Origin: a bacterium | GTDB taxonomy: Bacteria > Electryoneota > JAOADG01 | NCBI GenBank assembly: GCA_963681965.1 | Contig: OY820579.1 | Coordinates: forward strand, 704,001-768,000 | Direction of reading: 5' to 3' | DNA length: 64,000 bases | Shown: positions 60,567 to 64,000 of the stretch, one piece after another | Layout: the number at the start of each line of letters is the position of its first letter | How positions within the stretch are numbered: position 1 is the stretch's first letter | The notes under the pieces: model-generated | Told to the model about the DNA's origin: nothing | The model's database searches: none | The model's input: the letters and a program-made list of their open reading frames with translations, nothing else | Translations under genes and position numbers: made by a program

Positions 60567-62747
60567 CTACTTCAGCAACACCATTTTCCTCGTTTGCATG
60601 AAATCGCCTGATCGCATCTGTACAAAGTAGGTTCCCGAAGGCAACGACGTGCCATCGAAAGTAATGGTGTAATTTCCCGGTTGGCGATAGCCGTGGTACA
60701 ACGTCTGAACTTGGCGACCCGAGATGTCGAACACTCGCAACTCGACGACTCCCGGCTTAGGAAGATTATAGGAGATCGAGGTCGTGGGGTTGAAGGGATT
60801 GGGATAGTTAGGTAAAAGTGTAAATTGATGTGGTGTGTTGTTACCGTTGTGTTCGGGTACACTACTAACATTCCCGCCGACTGATTTAAGAATCGTGCCG
60901 TTTGCACCAACCACCCACCCCGTCGTTTCGTTACAAAACCCGATATCGTATAACGGTTGATGTGTATTACTGGCGACAATTTCCCATAGTACCCCACCAT
61001 CAGTCGTTTTGAGAATAGTGCCATTTTGACCAGTGATCCAACCAGTATTGGCATCGAGAAATCGAATTTTCCTTAGCGTGTTGGTAGTAGGACTCTGTAC
61101 TCCAGTCCAAGTCGATCCGCCATTGGTCGTATGGAATATGATACCGCTGTCGCTAACGCACAAACCGTTAAAACTATCGATGAAACAGATATCGTACAAC
61201 ATTGGCAACGTTTCGAGCGATTGAGGCTGCCAACTAGCACCCCCGTTGGTTGTGTGAAGAATGATACCCAGTGATGTATCATCGAAACCGACAACCCACC
61301 CGATATTGGAATCGATAAAATAAACACCGGAATAGTATAGCCAGCGGTTGTAAAATTGCATGGTCCACGAAGTACCACTATTCGTCGTGTGAAGAATCGC
61401 ACCGCGAGCGCCAACCGCCCAGCCATTGCAGGTGTCGACGAAGGTGACACTTTTCATAAACACATCGAATCCACAATAAATACGCTCCCAGATATTTCCA
61501 CCGTCGGTCGTTCGAAATACATAACCGGAATCGCCAACAATCCATCCGTGATTTTGATCGATCCAATCGATCGAATTGAGCTTTTGATTGGAGTCGAGCG
61601 TTTGCGATTGCCAATCGGTGCCGCCATTGCTAGTCGAGAAGAGCTTGCCGGAATCGCCAACCGCGAATGCAGAATTGCTATCAATCACGGCAACGCTATA
61701 AATGTTACCGATGGGAGCGGGGTTGAACCAAGACCGCCCCGAATTTGTCGTCTTGATTATCGTTCCGCCACTTCCTACACACCAACCGGCGTTGTTGTCG
61801 AAAAACGTAAGGTCATTCAGGTCGTCAACTGGAGGATACGGCGTACATTGCTGCCAATTTGTGCCACTATTGGTCGTATGGAGGAATATATCGCCGGCTG
61901 GAGAATAATCTGAACAGATAATCCAACCATTATTCATATCGGTAAATCGAATGCGTTGACTCCAAAGATTGGTGCCACTGATTTGATGCGACCACGTAAC
62001 GCCACCATCGGTCGTATGAATAATCGTACCGAAAGCGCCGACAACCCAACCGTTACTCGAATCGGTAAATGCAACATCTGTAAACCATAGTTGAGAATCA
62101 CGGAGTTGTCGAGACCAAGTCGTCCCTCCGTCCGTCGTGCGATGAATAACTCCGAATCCATTAGCATCAGCCCAACTATCACCACCCACCACCCAGCCGT
62201 GAAGTGAATCGGTAAAGGTGACTCTTAACAAAAAATCGGAGTTGTTTTGTAATTGAGGATTCCAAGTGACGCCGCCATTGGATGTGTGGAGTAGGTAGCT
62301 GTGGAAACCGTTGTGAAGGGAGCCGCAAACGATCCAGCCATTCTGGTTATCGATGAATGCAACGTGATAATACACACTCGATGCTTCAAGTTGTGGTATC
62401 CATGAGTTGCCACCATCAGTGGTACTAAGGACGACACCGGTTGAGGAATCGCTATTGATCGTGCCGCCGACGATCCATCCGGTCAACGAATCGACAAATA
62501 CGATATTCGATAATTGCAAATTGGGCCAGCTCGTTTGTTGAATCCACGAGACACCGCCATTGGATGTGTGCATAATATTGCCGGTACTGGTTACCGACCA
62601 TCCAGAATTTGGAGTTATGAATTTTACCGCAGTAAAATTGGTAAAATGTGATGGCGGGTTTTGCCATTCCCAGCCGTCTGCCAATGCTGCGACTGGAGCG
62701 ATGAAACAAATTAAGAGTATTAATAATCTCGGTGAGAATTTTATCAT
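60567..62747 (-). CDS. Secreted YCF48/BNR-repeat beta-propeller protein with C-terminal sorting-like domain
   Basis: Many GWxVG...HTTxGGxxW repeats; NYPNPFN...KMVLLK. Confidence 0.9.
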   Translation of the reverse strand: MIKFSPRLLILLICFIAPVAALADGWEWQNPPSHFTNFTAVKFITPNSGWSVTSTGNIMHTSNGGVSWIQQTSWPNLQLSNIVFVDSLTGWIVGGTINSDSSTGVVLSTTDGGNSWIPQLEASSVYYHVAFIDNQNGWIVCGSLHNGFHSYLLHTSNGGVTWNPQLQNNSDFLLRVTFTDSLHGWVVGGDSWADANGFGVIHRTTDGGTTWSRQLRDSQLWFTDVAFTDSSNGWVVGAFGTIIHTTDGGVTWSHQISGTNLWSQRIRFTDMNNGWIICSDYSPAGDIFLHTTNSGTNWQQCTPYPPVDDLNDLTFFDNNAGWCVGSGGTIIKTTNSGRSWFNPAPIGNIYSVAVIDSNSAFAVGDSGKLFSTSNGGTDWQSQTLDSNQKLNSIDWIDQNHGWIVGDSGYVFRTTDGGNIWERIYCGFDVFMKSVTFVDTCNGWAVGARGAILHTTNSGTSWTMQFYNRWLYYSGVYFIDSNIGWVVGFDDTSLGIILHTTNGGASWQPQSLETLPMLYDICFIDSFNGLCVSDSGIIFHTTNGGSTWTGVQSPTTNTLRKIRFLDANTGWITGQNGTILKTTDGGVLWEIVASNTHQPLYDIGFCNETTGWVVGANGTILKSVGGNVSSVPEHNGNNTPHQFTLLPNYPNPFNPTTSISYNLPKPGVVELRVFDISGRQVQTLYHGYRQPGNYTITFDGTSLPSGTYFVQMRSGDFMQTRKMVLLK

Positions 62748-63103
62748 AGAACCTCCGGTCGGTACGTTATTTCTAGTCTGAGAGAAGCTGAGGCAGGTAC
62801 AATATATCTTAATTCAAAATTCGAAGATACTTGAAGAAAAATTAACTGAACATAATTTGTACAGTTGTCTTTGTTTTCGACAGTAGCGACTTTTGGAGTG
62901 TCGCGTTTTGAAACGAACGGACAGCTCGCCTCCATCGTATCAAAAGGGGTATACAAGCGATTTGCGGAGATTGAATGAAACTAATTCTTAAACCGATACT
63001 AACTATAATTCATGTTGTCTGCTTGCAAAAATAAAGTATCGAGTGAAGTGGTCGATAAAAGAAGTGATGAATTTCTAAATATAAATTTCGGGGTCATATT
63101 TAA

Positions 63104-63349
63104 ATGAGTTTGGGTATTACCTCTCTTTCGGGTGGAATGGCGGCAGCGACACGGGCGGTAGATGTCGTAGCTGCACAATTGGAAGATAGTATTCGAGCAA
63201 TTGCCGGTAATACTATCGATAGTTCCGGTTCACAAGGCGATTCAGTGGCGATCTCCGAACCGGCGATGGCGATGTACAAAGCATCAATGGAAAGTCAACA
63301 GATGGTTGGCGATTTCGTTCAGCAATCGCTGGAGAGTATTCAGAAGTAA
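63104..63349 (+). CDS. Small hypothetical protein
   Basis: 81-aa ORF with ATG, followed by a terminator. Confidence 0.55.
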   Translation: MSLGITSLSGGMAAATRAVDVVAAQLEDSIRAIAGNTIDSSGSQGDSVAISEPAMAMYKASMESQQMVGDFVQQSLESIQK

Positions 63350-63370
63350 GCGCGGATGCGTGAATCGAAG

Positions 63371-63403
63371 CAAAAAGGTTCCACGAAAGTGGAACCTCTT
63401 TTG
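63371..63403. terminator. Bidirectional intrinsic terminator
   Basis: AAAAAGGTTCCAC-GAAA-GTGGAACCTCTTTT. Confidence 0.8.
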
Positions 63404-63469
63404 TATTTATCGAAAGGCGTACTTGTACAGAGTAGTATTTGCATCAATCGAGTAATGACCTCCCGATGA

Positions 63470-64000
63470 TCATTTCGGTTGCGATGTGGCGGCGACTTTA
63501 CCTTCTTTGAGAACATATTTCGAGGTATAGACGTAATCGCCTTGGTTGGTATTATCGTTCGATGCTGCGTTACAAGCAACGTAAAAATATACTTCCCCAT
63601 TCCCCGACGACGGTGCAATCCACTTGAATACCCATTGCGCTCTCCCCTTGACCATTCCTGCGAATGTACCTGCCCGTTTATGCTTGATGTACTGGGGGGC
63701 ATCCTTGCCTGAGGTTGAAACTTGTGTCAGATCGTTCTCCAGCACCACGATCTCACCGGCGCGCTTATTCGGGTTGTTGTTCAAGTACGCGGTCGCCTCA
63801 AATCCGAACCGGCTTTGATTGATTTGGTTCAATTCAATTTCGATAATGTAGGCTTTGCCGGGTTCGTAAAACTCCGTCGGCAGTCCATCTACCATCAACG
63901 CTCCTGCTCCGGAATTGAGCGCAAATGAATTGTGGCACTGATTGCAGGTTGTCGGGTTGCCGACGACACTATCCGGCGGACCCGCCGAAAAAGCAAAGGC
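63470..64000 (-). CDS. Reeler-like (choice-of-anchor V-like) domain protein, 5' end outside window
   Basis: Frame open to the window end: AFSAGPP...TTCNQCHN...RFGFEAT...FKWIAP...NQGDYVY. Confidence 0.75.
   Translation of the reverse strand, partial: AFAFSAGPPDSVVGNPTTCNQCHNSFALNSGAGALMVDGLPTEFYEPGKAYIIEIELNQINQSRFGFEATAYLNNNPNKRAGEIVVLENDLTQVSTSGKDAPQYIKHKRAGTFAGMVKGRAQWVFKWIAPSSGNGEVYFYVACNAASNDNTNQGDYVYTSKYVLKEGKVAATSQPK

Overview
Bacterial chromosomal window, probably from an FCB-group (non-Bacteroidota-like) organism, inferred from the many secreted proteins ending in a YPNPFN...LLK T9SS-type-A/FlgD-Ig-like tail. It appears to span the replication origin: a DnaA-box cluster with a trio-like tract sits between divergent dciA and dnaN, followed by mnmE, two parS sites, mnmG and rsmG. 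dnaA, recF, gyrB, rpmH/rnpA/yidC and parAB are not in the window. Other content: the 3' end of lon plus engB, several regulators, four PAS histidine kinases, tRNA-Pro(TGG) and tRNA-Ser(CGA), a photolyase, a vsr/m5C-methyltransferase/endonuclease locus and an intact IS630. Most unusual signals: (1) about a dozen REP-like palindromes of several families inserted in frame into three loops of one intact secreted-protein gene; (2) strong enrichment of CGATCG/TCGATCGA together with a CGATCG-type methyltransferase plus Vsr, resembling cyanobacterial HIP1 in a non-cyanobacterium; (3) a tandem array of tRNA-Pro-derived fragments in the tRNA leader; (4) a REP-carrying IS630-type MITE; (5) a second DnaA-box cluster written into rsmG. 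All counts are manual and all family assignments are from motif recognition; no searches were run.
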